A DNA stretch of 64,000 nt from Candidatus Omnitrophica bacterium CG11_big_fil_rev_8_21_14_0_20_64_10 (GTDB taxonomy: Bacteria; Omnitrophota; Gorgyraeia; 1-14-0-20-64-10), in contig PCVW01000010.1 of assembly GCA_002787095.1 (NCBI GenBank), positions 7,774 through 71,773 of the forward strand, written 5' to 3'. This document shows, piece after piece, positions 1 to 8,971 of this stretch. The translations under genes were made by a program, and so were the position numbers. A model generated the notes under the pieces. That model searched no databases and was not told where the DNA came from. It was given only the letters and a program-made list of their open reading frames with translations. Numbering within the stretch: position 1 is the first letter of the stretch; every line of letters starts with the position of its first letter.

Positions 1-642
1 GAAGGTCAGAGCAAGCGTTACCATGTTGGGCCGCCCCGCCCCGTCCCGCATTCCGGCCAGGAGCCGGACCGATTCCGGCTCCGGGACGGCTCCGGCTTTC
101 GGGCTCAGCAGATCCAGGCAGAGGGCCAGATCATGCGGGAGGCGGTCCCAAAGCAGATCGGTCTGGCGGCGGAACGGGCCCAGATCCCCCTCCTCGGTGA
201 CGATTGCCCGGATGCCCCCCCCCGCTTTCCGAACGGCCTCCTTGACGGCTTGATAGGCCGGATTGAACAGCTGGATGTGGTTGACCCACACCGGGAGACC
301 GCTTTTCCGGACCGCATCGTTCAGGCGACGGGTGGAGGGCAGATCGAGGGTCAGCGGTTTCTCGACCCAGCAGGGTTTTTTCGCCGCCAGGCAGGCCGAG
401 ACCATCTCGGCATGAAGGGGATCGGGCGCGGCGATCAGGACCGCTTCGCAGTCGGAGGCGATCAGTTTTTTCCAGTCGTCCGTGACGGCAATCCCCGGCG
501 CGGAGGATGCAAGCCGCTCGGGATTCCGGACGGAGATGTGGGTGATTCGGACGATTTCCGGAAGTGCGGCGGCGCTCCGAAGAAGCACCTGTCCCCATCG
601 GCCGGCGCCGATCAACCCCAGGCGCAACGGCTCCAGCGCCAC
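1..642 (-). CDS. Gfo/Idh/MocA-family oxidoreductase (3' end runs off window)
   Basis: Absent from the ORF track; hand translation from GTG at 642 gives VALEPLRLGLIGAGRWG...HAEMVSACLAAKKPCWVEKPL...LWDRLPHDL (Rossmann GxGxxG, EKP, DxxxH) with no stop before position 1. Confidence 0.85.
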   Translation of the reverse strand, partial: MALEPLRLGLIGAGRWGQVLLRSAAALPEIVRITHISVRNPERLASSAPGIAVTDDWKKLIASDCEAVLIAAPDPLHAEMVSACLAAKKPCWVEKPLTLDLPSTRRLNDAVRKSGLPVWVNHIQLFNPAYQAVKEAVRKAGGGIRAIVTEEGDLGPFRRQTDLLWDRLPHDLALCLDLLSPKAGAVPEPESVRLLAGMRDGAGRPNMVTLALTF

Positions 643-646
643 CCGA

Positions 647-1708
647 TCACTCCCCCCGATAGTGGGTCAGCGCCCAGTCCATGAAGCGCCGCAGCCCGTC
701 TTTCAGGGAGACCTGGGGGGCATAGCCCAGCTGCAGGGTCGCCTTGCCGATGTCAGGACAGCGCCGCTGCGGTTCATCCGCCGGATAGGAATCGGGATAT
801 TCAACCTGATCGATCGGGATTGGCCGGCCGAGGGCCTCGGTGATTGTCTGGGCCAGGTCCAGCATCGAGACCTCCGGCTTCGGGTTGCCGATGTTGTAGG
901 CCTGTCCCGGTCCGCCTTGGACGAGGGTTTTTATGAATCCGGTGATCGCGTCGGTCACATAGCAGAAGGTGCGGGTCTGCCGGCCGGTGCCGTAGATCCG
1001 GAGTGGTTTCCCGGACTTGATCCGGCTGGCGAAGTTCGGGAGGACCCGGTAGTCGGTCTCTTTCATGCCGGGCCCGTAAATATTGAACGGCCGGACGATC
1101 TTGGTCGGGACGCCGTCCTGTTCGTGGAAGATCATGCAGAGGGTCTCCCCCAGCCGCTTCGACTCGTCGTAGCAGGCCCGGGGTCCGATCGAGGCGACAT
1201 TCCCCCGGTACGACTCCGGGGTCGGGACATGTTTCGGATCCGGATCGCCGTAGATCTCGCTGGAGCTGAAATAAAGGAACCCCTTGAGGGGATGGTTTCG
1301 GGAGAAGAGCAGCAGGTTCTTCGCTCCCAGAGTTGCCACCTCGAGGGTCTGCAGGGGGTATTTTCGGTAGTAGTAGGGGCTGGCGATGCCGGCGGCGTGG
1401 ATGCAGTAATCGACCGTCTCCGGGACCTGCAGCGGTTGGATCACGTCATGCTCGATGAAGCGGGTCCCCGGCAGATCGGTTTTAAAATCTTCCGGCCGGC
1501 GGCTGGTGATGTGGTTGTCCACGCCGATCAGCCGGATCGGCTGTTTCCGGTTCTCCCGGTTGAAGGCGGCGAACAGCGCGGTGAAATAGGTTCCGAGGAA
1601 TCCGTGGGCGCCGGTCATCAGCACGACATGGCCGGAAAGGGCCTTCAGTTCCGGCTCGGTCTGCCGCAGGATTTCCTGGATGTCGCTGTCGAGATAGGTG
1701 GCGGTCAT
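647..1708 (-). CDS. UDP-glucuronate decarboxylase (UXS)-like extended SDR
   Basis: TGAHGFLG, HAAGIASP, SSSEIYGDP, GPRACYDESKR, QTRTFCYVTD, DEPQRRCPDI. Confidence 0.85.
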   Translation of the reverse strand: MTATYLDSDIQEILRQTEPELKALSGHVVLMTGAHGFLGTYFTALFAAFNRENRKQPIRLIGVDNHITSRRPEDFKTDLPGTRFIEHDVIQPLQVPETVDYCIHAAGIASPYYYRKYPLQTLEVATLGAKNLLLFSRNHPLKGFLYFSSSEIYGDPDPKHVPTPESYRGNVASIGPRACYDESKRLGETLCMIFHEQDGVPTKIVRPFNIYGPGMKETDYRVLPNFASRIKSGKPLRIYGTGRQTRTFCYVTDAITGFIKTLVQGGPGQAYNIGNPKPEVSMLDLAQTITEALGRPIPIDQVEYPDSYPADEPQRRCPDIGKATLQLGYAPQVSLKDGLRRFMDWALTHYRGE

Positions 1709-1718
1709 GGAGTTCCCG

Positions 1719-3005
1719 TCATCTTACCTCAAGTTCCGGCAGCGGCACGATGAAATGTCCCCCGGCCGCCCGGAAATCAACCTGTTTGGCGATGATCGGC
1801 TCAGCGAAGTTCCAGGCCAGGATCAAACAGTGGTCCGGCCGGCGGCGGGGATCCCGCAGCACCTCCGAGGAGACGATCGGGATGTGGTGTCCCGGGGAGA
1901 GGAGCCCCTGCTTCCAGGGACTGTCATCGATGATCTGGGGCAGGTCCGCCGGCCCGAGCTCGAACTGGTACATCAGGGTGGTCGCCTTGGCCGGGGCCCC
2001 GAAACCGATGACCCGGCGCCCCTCGTTTTTCAACCGGTCGAGGAGGGTTCGCAGTTCCTCTTTCCGCCGGTGGATCCGGTCTCCCAGCTTTTGGAAGCAG
2101 GCGGCTTTGAACAGGCCGGCCCGCTCCTCCTCCCGGATCAGCCGGTGGAGCCGTTCGGCCGGTTGGATGCCTGCCCTTTTCGGCCGGACCCATCCCCGGA
2201 GGGAGCCGCCGTGCGTCTCCACCTTCTCCGCGTCGGCGAGGACCCATCCCCGGCTTTCGAAAAAACCGGCCAACGGCCGGGCGGTGTGATAGCTGAGGTG
2301 CTCGTGGTAGATCGTGTCGAACAGCAGCTTCTCCACGACCGCCAGCCCGTGGGAAACTTCGAAGAGGAACCAGCCGGCCGGATCCAGCAGTTCCGCGATC
2401 CCCCGGGCGATCCCGTCCAGGTCGTCGGCATGGGCGAAGACATTGTTCGCGGTGATCACCTTCGGCTTCCACCCTTCCCGCTTGAGGGCCCGGGCCAGCT
2501 CCGGGGTGAAGAATTCCGTCCGGGTCGGGATCCCCGTCTTTGAAGCGCTTTCGGCGATTTTGCGGGCCGGATCCAGCCCCAGCACCCGCATCCCCGCTTC
2601 CTGAAAGAAGCGCAGGAGGGTCCCGTCGTTGCTGCCGATGTCGATCACCTGGTCCCCCGGTTTGAGTTCCGCCCGTTCGATCACCGCCCGCGCGTACCGC
2701 CGGAAATGATCCACGAAGGCCGGCGAGGTCCCCGACACATAGACATAGTCCCGGAAGAGAATTTCGGGGGAGACGATCTCCTCCAGCTGCAGGTGGGCGC
2801 AAGCACGGCAGAGCCGCAGGGTTAGGGGGAAGCGGGGCTGCGGCTCGGCGGCCTGCTCCGGCCGGACGAAGGCATTGGCCAGCGGCGTCTCACGCAACGA
2901 CAGGACCGGGTCGGTCCCGGCGCCGCAAAGCCGGCAATCCCGCCGCCGCTTCAGCCAGCCGGCCGCTTCGGCGGTCCGATCGGCCGGCGCCGAATTCGGC
3001 TTCAT
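1719..3005 (-). CDS. NDP-sugar C-methyltransferase (TcaB9/TylC3-type, Zn-binding)
   Basis: Start MKPNSAP (ATGA overlap); CRLCG..CRAC zinc motif, DIGSNDG, ANNVFAH, FDTIYHEHLSY, HGGSLR, GAPAKATT, LAWNFAEPI. Confidence 0.9.
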   Translation of the reverse strand: MKPNSAPADRTAEAAGWLKRRRDCRLCGAGTDPVLSLRETPLANAFVRPEQAAEPQPRFPLTLRLCRACAHLQLEEIVSPEILFRDYVYVSGTSPAFVDHFRRYARAVIERAELKPGDQVIDIGSNDGTLLRFFQEAGMRVLGLDPARKIAESASKTGIPTRTEFFTPELARALKREGWKPKVITANNVFAHADDLDGIARGIAELLDPAGWFLFEVSHGLAVVEKLLFDTIYHEHLSYHTARPLAGFFESRGWVLADAEKVETHGGSLRGWVRPKRAGIQPAERLHRLIREEERAGLFKAACFQKLGDRIHRRKEELRTLLDRLKNEGRRVIGFGAPAKATTLMYQFELGPADLPQIIDDSPWKQGLLSPGHHIPIVSSEVLRDPRRRPDHCLILAWNFAEPIIAKQVDFRAAGGHFIVPLPELEVR

Positions 3006-3418
3006 TGCTCCGGCGAAACCTTCATCGGGGGGATCCGGACGATGTCCGCTTCGTAGTCCGGCGCGTGGCGGTCGTTGCGGGCCACGACGAACAGGACTGA
3101 ATCCTCGGTGAAGACCATCACATGTTCGAACATCGGCGGCGAGTAGAAGAGGGTTCCCGGGGTGATGATCCACTGCTGGGGCGCCTCGGTGGAGCCGACC
3201 GGCCGGTGGGCGTAGATCATCCGGCCGGAATGGAGCCAGGAGTAGTGGAAATCGGTCTTGTGGTAATGGTTCCCCCGCACCGCCCCCTTCTTGGAATGGA
3301 TCACGAGGGCCGAGCCCAGCGGCAGGTCCACGAGGTTCTGGATCATCCCCCGGTCGTCCCGGAAAGGGGCCGGCAGTTGGACCACGGTTTTCGGATCCAG
3401 TTTCTTTGAAGGGGTCAT
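3002..3418 (-). CDS. Small cupin (RmlC/FdtA-like sugar epimerase or isomerase)
   Basis: FRDDRG, GAVRGNHYH, PPMFEH cupin motifs; 138 aa. Confidence 0.75.
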   Translation of the reverse strand: MTPSKKLDPKTVVQLPAPFRDDRGMIQNLVDLPLGSALVIHSKKGAVRGNHYHKTDFHYSWLHSGRMIYAHRPVGSTEAPQQWIITPGTLFYSPPMFEHVMVFTEDSVLFVVARNDRHAPDYEADIVRIPPMKVSPEQ

Positions 3419-3423
3419 TCCGT

Positions 3424-4287
3424 TTACTCCTTGTTTGTCTTTTGATGAACGATGAAATTGCCGCCATGTTTGAGGCGCCGGACCACCCGGACCCCGAACG
3501 GCCGGTTCCCGATCCCCGCCTTCTCCAACAGGCGGGAGAGCGGGTCCGGCTTCAGCTGGCCGAGGAACTCCAGCCCGTGCCGATGAAGCAGCTCATTCCA
3601 GACCGGCATGGCCTGGTAGATGAAGTTCTTCTCCAGATGGATGTGGTGCTGCTCCGAGGGGCTGAAGGTGGATTTGCTGATCAGCCATCCCCCCGGCTTG
3701 AGCGTCTTCGCGATCCGGCCGACCGCCTCATCCAGATCGAACAGATGCTCGAAGACATCCCAGGCGATCACCGCGTCGTACCGCTCCTGCGGCAGCGGCT
3801 CTAGGGCGGAGAGGACCTCCGCCTCGAAGCCTTCCCGCTTGAATCGCCAACCGGCGTAGTCCCGGGTGTTGCCCGGCACATCCAGGTGATCGCATCGGAT
3901 TCCCCGCCGCCGCAGGTGCAGAGTGACGCCGCCGACCCCGCCGCCAAAGTCCAGCACCCGCTCCTTGCCCCATCGCCGGCAGGCCAGCGCCAGCACCTCG
4001 AGCCATTTCTGCTTGTCCCGCGTCGCCTCCCAGTAGCTCAGTTCATACAGGTACTGCGGCGTCTGGGCGTAGTAGGCGTCCACCTCCGCGGCGGTTTGGG
4101 CCCGGGCGGCCCGCTTCTGCGCCTCCACATCCTCCGTTTCCTTCTTCTCCCAGTAGGTTTTGGCGATCGCCTCCAGCGGTTCCCGGAGGTACCCGGTCAG
4201 GTGGCCAAAGGCAGTTTCGGCCGCCCGGGGATCCAGCCCCGCGACGCAGAGCTCCTCCTCCAGGGCCGGATCACGATACGGCGTCAT
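3424..4287 (-). CDS. Class I SAM-dependent methyltransferase with N-terminal helical region
   Basis: VLDFGGGVG, YDAVIAWDVFEHL, LKPGG; start trimmed to MTPYRD. Confidence 0.8.
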   Translation of the reverse strand: MTPYRDPALEEELCVAGLDPRAAETAFGHLTGYLREPLEAIAKTYWEKKETEDVEAQKRAARAQTAAEVDAYYAQTPQYLYELSYWEATRDKQKWLEVLALACRRWGKERVLDFGGGVGGVTLHLRRRGIRCDHLDVPGNTRDYAGWRFKREGFEAEVLSALEPLPQERYDAVIAWDVFEHLFDLDEAVGRIAKTLKPGGWLISKSTFSPSEQHHIHLEKNFIYQAMPVWNELLHRHGLEFLGQLKPDPLSRLLEKAGIGNRPFGVRVVRRLKHGGNFIVHQKTNKE

Positions 4288-5872
4288 GGTTTTCCGCGAT
4301 CTCCCAGTATTTGGCCCAGAGGGCATGGTGAAAGAAGGCGGTCAGCCCGGCGAAGAGGAACCCGATCCGCCCTTCCCGGAAGCCCCCCTGCTTGATGAAC
4401 GATTTCCAGAAACGGTGGATCGGTTTGAAGACCATCTGTCCCCGCACGACCTGCCAAGGGAGCCGGCCCTTCTCCCGGAAGAGGACCGCCGCCTCGACGT
4501 TCGAGTAATGGTTCTGCCGGTCGATGAACTGCGCGAACGATTGGAACGGATGGTGCTCGATCTCCGCTTCCAGCGGGGCGACCTCCCCGTCCACCTGCAG
4601 GCGGACATGGATCCCCTGCCCCACGCAGCGGGCGTTCTTCCTGCGGAACAGGATCCGGTGCCGGTGCCGCCAGCCCCCCCGCCGCATCGGATGGCCCAGG
4701 AAGAAGTTGAGTCGGATCAGGTCGTAGGCCCGGACCCGGCCGTCGTTGGTCCGCAGCGCTTCATCGATCGCGTCCCGCAGCGCCGGGGTCACGATCTCGT
4801 CGGCGTCGATGTGCAGGATCCACTCGCTCTCGGCCCGGTCGCTGCCGATGTTCCATTGCTGATCGTGGTTGTCCCGGGAGGGATGGACGAACACCTTGGG
4901 GGTGAAACGCTTCGCGATCGCGACGCTGTCGTCGCTGCTTTCATCGTCCACGATCACGATCTCGTCGGCCCATCCCTGGACCTGCTCCAGGCAGTGGGCC
5001 AGCCGGGCCGCTTCGTTCTTCACCATCATCACCACCGCCAATGTCGGGCGCCGCCGGCCCGGGGGCTCCGCCGCCGGCCGGCTCACCGCATCTCCCGCCG
5101 GAACGGTCTCCGTCCGCTGCGTTGCTTCCCAGTATTTGGCGTAGCTGACGAACTGGTAGAGGCCGCCGAGGACCGCGGCGACGAAGCCGATCCAGCCGTC
5201 CTTCCGTCCCTTCTTGCCGACATAAGCCCGAAAGAAGCGGTCGATCGTCCGCTGCATCCCCTTGCCGAACGACATCTTCCGGCCGTCGGTCAGCCACTTC
5301 CGGGTCTCCAGGGTCGTTTGCCGGTTGAGCTTGCCGATGAAATCCCCGATGTCCCGATAGGAGTAGTGGAGGATGTCGCCGGTCAGCGCCCCCGAGGGCT
5401 GGTCGGAGATCGCCCGGCAGTGGACCGTCGTCTCCTCCCAGCGGAAGGCGGACCGCTTGTACAGCTTGACCTGGGCGCTTGGGTACCAGCCGCCGTGCTT
5501 GAGCCAGCGCCGCCCGATGTAGTTCCGGCGGGGAATCGCGTAGACGGCCTTCTCCGGTGTCCCCCGGAAGAGGGTCTGCAGTTCCTCCGCCAGCTCCGGG
5601 GTCACCCGCTCGTCGGCGTCGATGCTCAGGATCCAGTCGTTCCGGGCCTGGGCCGCCGCCCAGTTCCGATGCCGCCCTTCCAGGTCCATCTTCCGGTGGA
5701 CGACCCGGACCCGGGGGCTCTGATTCCTGGCGATCGCGACGGTGTCGTCGCTGCTTTCATCGTCTACGACCAGGATCTCGTCGGCGAACGGCACCGAGTC
5801 CAGGCAGTCCCGGATCCGGCCGGCCTCGTTCTTCGTCAGGACGACGACGGTGAGCGGGAGAGATTCCGGCAT
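4271..5872 (-). CDS. Two-domain GT2 glycosyltransferase (tandem WaaE/KdtX-like domains)
   Basis: Motif set KNEA / DEI.VVDDESSDD / W...IDADE.VTP.L occurs twice; start trimmed to MPESLP. Confidence 0.88.
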   Translation of the reverse strand: MPESLPLTVVVLTKNEAGRIRDCLDSVPFADEILVVDDESSDDTVAIARNQSPRVRVVHRKMDLEGRHRNWAAAQARNDWILSIDADERVTPELAEELQTLFRGTPEKAVYAIPRRNYIGRRWLKHGGWYPSAQVKLYKRSAFRWEETTVHCRAISDQPSGALTGDILHYSYRDIGDFIGKLNRQTTLETRKWLTDGRKMSFGKGMQRTIDRFFRAYVGKKGRKDGWIGFVAAVLGGLYQFVSYAKYWEATQRTETVPAGDAVSRPAAEPPGRRRPTLAVVMMVKNEAARLAHCLEQVQGWADEIVIVDDESSDDSVAIAKRFTPKVFVHPSRDNHDQQWNIGSDRAESEWILHIDADEIVTPALRDAIDEALRTNDGRVRAYDLIRLNFFLGHPMRRGGWRHRHRILFRRKNARCVGQGIHVRLQVDGEVAPLEAEIEHHPFQSFAQFIDRQNHYSNVEAAVLFREKGRLPWQVVRGQMVFKPIHRFWKSFIKQGGFREGRIGFLFAGLTAFFHHALWAKYWEIAENHDAVS

Positions 5873-6936
5873 TGGTTGAGCAGTTCCTCGTGTGTCGGTT
5901 GATCCATCAGACGGGCCCGGTGCAGCCACCGGAGCCGGCGCACCCACCGGGACCAGGCGGGGTCGTGGCTGACCACCAGGTCGAACGGTTTCTTCCGCTT
6001 GGTGACCAGGCGCCAGAGCGCGGTCCGGCGCCAGCTTTTCTCCGGCCCTTCGAGAAAGGCCACCTGCGCCTGTCCTTCCGGGAAGGGGTTGCCGTTCCCT
6101 CGCGGTCCGGCGACGCAAAGCCAGTGCCCCGCCTCCACGATCCGGCGCCAGCCGTCGGGATCGCTCTCGGGGGAATCGGTCAGGATCCGGAGCTTCCGTC
6201 CCCATTTCGCTTCGTACCGCCGGCGGTTTTCCTCAAAGGCTTTCTTCCAGCCCGGCATCCGCCGGAAGCTGGCCTTCTCTTCATGGTACACATAGGCGCC
6301 GCAGGCCCGGACGATCGTTCGCCCGCTGTTTCGGACCCGGTGGGAGAGGTCGTCGTCGTCGAAGTTCCCCATCCCGAACCGTTCATCCAGCCCGCCGATC
6401 TCCTCAAAGAGGGAGCGCCGGCCAAGCAGACAGAAGCCCAGCGCGATCGAGAGGGAGGCCGACTTTCCTGACTCGGCCTGGAGGGATCGGGCGACCGCTT
6501 CGGGGCTGCGCCCCGCCGGACTCAGCCCCAGGGAATTGCTGGTGGGATTGACCAGGCCGATCTGTGGGTCCTGATCGGCGACTCGGATCATCTCGGTCAG
6601 CCAGCCGGCGGTGACGACGGTATCGTTGTTCAGCAGGCAGATCCAGGGAGCTTGGGCCGCCGCCAGTCCCTGGTTGATCGCCTTGATGAAGCCGAGGTTG
6701 ACGGTGTTGCGCAGGATGGCCACCGGCACCGGGGCCGCCTGAGCGAATTGATCGAGCATCTCCCGGGTCGGCGCTTCCGAGCCGTTGTCGATCAGGATCA
6801 GCCGGATCGACCGGCCGGTATTTTGAATGACCGATTCCAGGCAGCGGCCGGTCAACTCCGGCAGGTTCCAGATCGGGATGATGATGTCGCAGTCGGGCCG
6901 ATTCCCCCGGCCCGCTGTTCCCTCCGGGCTACTCAA
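5836..6936 (-). CDS. GT2 glycosyltransferase (rhamnosyltransferase-like) with C-terminal extension
   Basis: DIIIPIWN, LIDNGS, NLGFIKAINQG, LLNNDT, GGLDERFGMGNFDDDD. Confidence 0.88.
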   Translation of the reverse strand: MSSPEGTAGRGNRPDCDIIIPIWNLPELTGRCLESVIQNTGRSIRLILIDNGSEAPTREMLDQFAQAAPVPVAILRNTVNLGFIKAINQGLAAAQAPWICLLNNDTVVTAGWLTEMIRVADQDPQIGLVNPTSNSLGLSPAGRSPEAVARSLQAESGKSASLSIALGFCLLGRRSLFEEIGGLDERFGMGNFDDDDLSHRVRNSGRTIVRACGAYVYHEEKASFRRMPGWKKAFEENRRRYEAKWGRKLRILTDSPESDPDGWRRIVEAGHWLCVAGPRGNGNPFPEGQAQVAFLEGPEKSWRRTALWRLVTKRKKPFDLVVSHDPAWSRWVRRLRWLHRARLMDQPTHEELLNQCRNLSRSPSSS

Positions 6937-7768
6937 TGATCTCGCGTCCGTAGTAAGGGTGGCGCCGCATCACCTCCGGCAGATCGGCCGGGTCCCACGG
7001 GACCGCCCGGGGAAACTTCGGAGGATCCACAGGATGGATGTTCTCCATCTGCCGGTTTTGCGGCCAGGCCTTCCAGACCCGTTCGTACCAGCCGGAGAGG
7101 ATCTCCTGGGCGTGCGGGAAGGTGGAAAGTTTTTCCCGCATCCGGGCCGGTGAGCGGGCGTAGGAGAAGTGGTAATAGACCGCCTCCTCCGGCGGGAATT
7201 CATGGATCGTCCCAATGGAGTTTAGGTCGTTCGCTCCGACAAAGCGGAGCCGGTGCGGAAAGGGGATGCCGAGGATCCGGCGGACCGGGGTGATCTTGAA
7301 GAGACGGCGGGGACGCCAGGAATTGAGCTCCGCGGGGATCGCGTACCGGAAGGAACGCCAAAAAGTGATGCACTTGATGATGAAGGTCCCCACCTCCGGC
7401 CGCACCGACAGGGTCTCTCGGATGTGCCGCAGATGCTCCGCCTTGTACACCTCGTCCCCGTCCACGAGAAAGTGGTAATCCATTCCCAGCTCCAGGCAGC
7501 GCTTCAGCCCCATTTCGCGGTGGGCCAGCTGATCGGCCCAGCGTCCTTCGATCACCTGGACCTGATTCGGGAACTCGTCCGCCAGTTTTCGGACGATCCG
7601 GCCGGTGTCATCGGGGGGGAACTGGTCGATGGACTCGGTGGCGTAAGCGCTGTAGGGGGCGGTCCCCAGACAAAGGATCACCTTCTCCACGGCCGGGAGC
7701 AGCGAGCGGACGGAGTATTCTAAGTACTCTCCCTCGTTGTAGATGCAGTAGACGGCAGCAATCTTCAT
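6929..7768 (-). CDS. GT-A fold (GT2-like) glycosyltransferase
   Basis: YCIYNEGEYLEYSVRS, DDT, LVDGDEVY (DxD), YHFSYAR. Confidence 0.7.
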   Translation of the reverse strand: MKIAAVYCIYNEGEYLEYSVRSLLPAVEKVILCLGTAPYSAYATESIDQFPPDDTGRIVRKLADEFPNQVQVIEGRWADQLAHREMGLKRCLELGMDYHFLVDGDEVYKAEHLRHIRETLSVRPEVGTFIIKCITFWRSFRYAIPAELNSWRPRRLFKITPVRRILGIPFPHRLRFVGANDLNSIGTIHEFPPEEAVYYHFSYARSPARMREKLSTFPHAQEILSGWYERVWKAWPQNRQMENIHPVDPPKFPRAVPWDPADLPEVMRRHPYYGREIIE

Positions 7769-7777
7769 GGGCCCCCC

Positions 7778-7786
7778 ATTCTACCA
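7778..7786 (-). promoter_or_regulatory. Putative extended -10 promoter TGGTAGAAT
   Basis: TGnTAGAAT 9 nt upstream of the ATG at 7768, in the largest intergenic gap of the window. Confidence 0.55.
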
Positions 7787-7800
7787 GAACCGCCGCCGGA

Positions 7801-7834
7801 AAAGGGGGCTGGCCCAAAAGGGGGTCAAAGGGGG
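7801..7834 (+). repeat. Three copies of AAAGGGGG
   Basis: Exact copies at 7801-7808, 7817-7824 and 7827-7834. Confidence 0.7.
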
Positions 7835-7870
7835 CAGGCCTTCAGTACCCCGCACCGGCCAACATTTCGG

Positions 7871-8971
7871 CTAGGCGTCGAGGAGGGAGCGGGCGGCAGC
7901 CAAGACCGTTTCCGGCGGCAGTTCGGTCAGGCAGCGGTTCTCCCAGGGGCAAGGCGGGATCCGGAAGCCGCGGTAGCAGGGGCGGCAGGCCAGCCCTTTG
8001 GAGAGGATCCGATGTTGGGGGCCCGGCGGAAAAGGACCGTAGACCGATCCGTCCACCGGTCCGAAGATCGTCACAGTGGGGGTCCCGACGGCGGCCGCCA
8101 GATGGAGCGGACCGCTGTCGTTTCCGATCACCAGCCGGCAGCGCCGCAGGATCGCCGCCAGTGTCATGAGGTCGGGGGCCGGCGGCAGGAGAATCGGTGG
8201 CCGGGGTGACCGCCGCAGCAGGTCGCGGCAGATCAGTTCGTCCGTGGGATCTCCAATGAGCGCCAGCGAGCGGCCCTCTCCCTGAAGGGCGTCGATCAGG
8301 GCCGCGTAGTGCCGGACCGGCCACTGTTTCAATGAAGCCCGCTCGCCCCAACTGGCCCCTCCCCCCGGCACCAGGGCGATCATCGGACCGACCGCCGGAT
8401 TCCAGCCGTTGTTTTTCAGGTGGTCTTCCCCGGCCCGGTCGAACGGTTCTGGGATCGGAATCGGTCCGGCGAACTGTTCCGGTCCGGCCGGGGGGTGTCC
8501 GGCGGCCGGCCGAAACTCCGGAAGGAGATTCAGCAGGGCGAAGTAATGAACGGCGACCGGCCGGTCGTCGAATCCATGGATTGGGAGCGAATCGGTCAGG
8601 AATCGCCCCCGGCCCCGGAAGTTCAGGCCGACCCGTCGGGGGATCCCGGCCCAGAGTCCCAGCCCCCCCAGCTGCCAACCGAGCGAGAGGTCCAGCTGGA
8701 GGTCGAACTGCTCCTTCCGAATTCGGTCCGCCAGGGCGCCAATCTCCCGCAGCCCGCCAATCCGGGATCGTTTCCAGGCGGCCCGCAGGGCATCCTTGTG
8801 ATACCGGATCGTCTCATCCACCTCCGGCCAGGCCTGCGCCAACGCCTCGGTCCGTTCGTTGCAGAGCAGGACCAGCCGGCCCTCCGGGAACCGTTGTTTG
8901 ACCGCCCGGACCAGCGGCAGCGAGAAGAGGAGGTCCCCGATACCGAACGGGTGCGTGATCAGGATCCGCAT
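7871..8971 (-). CDS. GT9 heptosyltransferase-like glycosyltransferase
   Basis: PFGIGDLLFSLP, PGGG..KQWP, GNDSGPLHLAAAVG, FGP, CRPC..C..C tail. Confidence 0.9.
   Translation of the reverse strand: MRILITHPFGIGDLLFSLPLVRAVKQRFPEGRLVLLCNERTEALAQAWPEVDETIRYHKDALRAAWKRSRIGGLREIGALADRIRKEQFDLQLDLSLGWQLGGLGLWAGIPRRVGLNFRGRGRFLTDSLPIHGFDDRPVAVHYFALLNLLPEFRPAAGHPPAGPEQFAGPIPIPEPFDRAGEDHLKNNGWNPAVGPMIALVPGGGASWGERASLKQWPVRHYAALIDALQGEGRSLALIGDPTDELICRDLLRRSPRPPILLPPAPDLMTLAAILRRCRLVIGNDSGPLHLAAAVGTPTVTIFGPVDGSVYGPFPPGPQHRILSKGLACRPCYRGFRIPPCPWENRCLTELPPETVLAAARSLLDA

Noticed and set aside
7790-7870. Possible intrinsic terminator after the GT9 genes
   Set aside because: Only short imperfect stems and 3-4 nt T runs; not convincing
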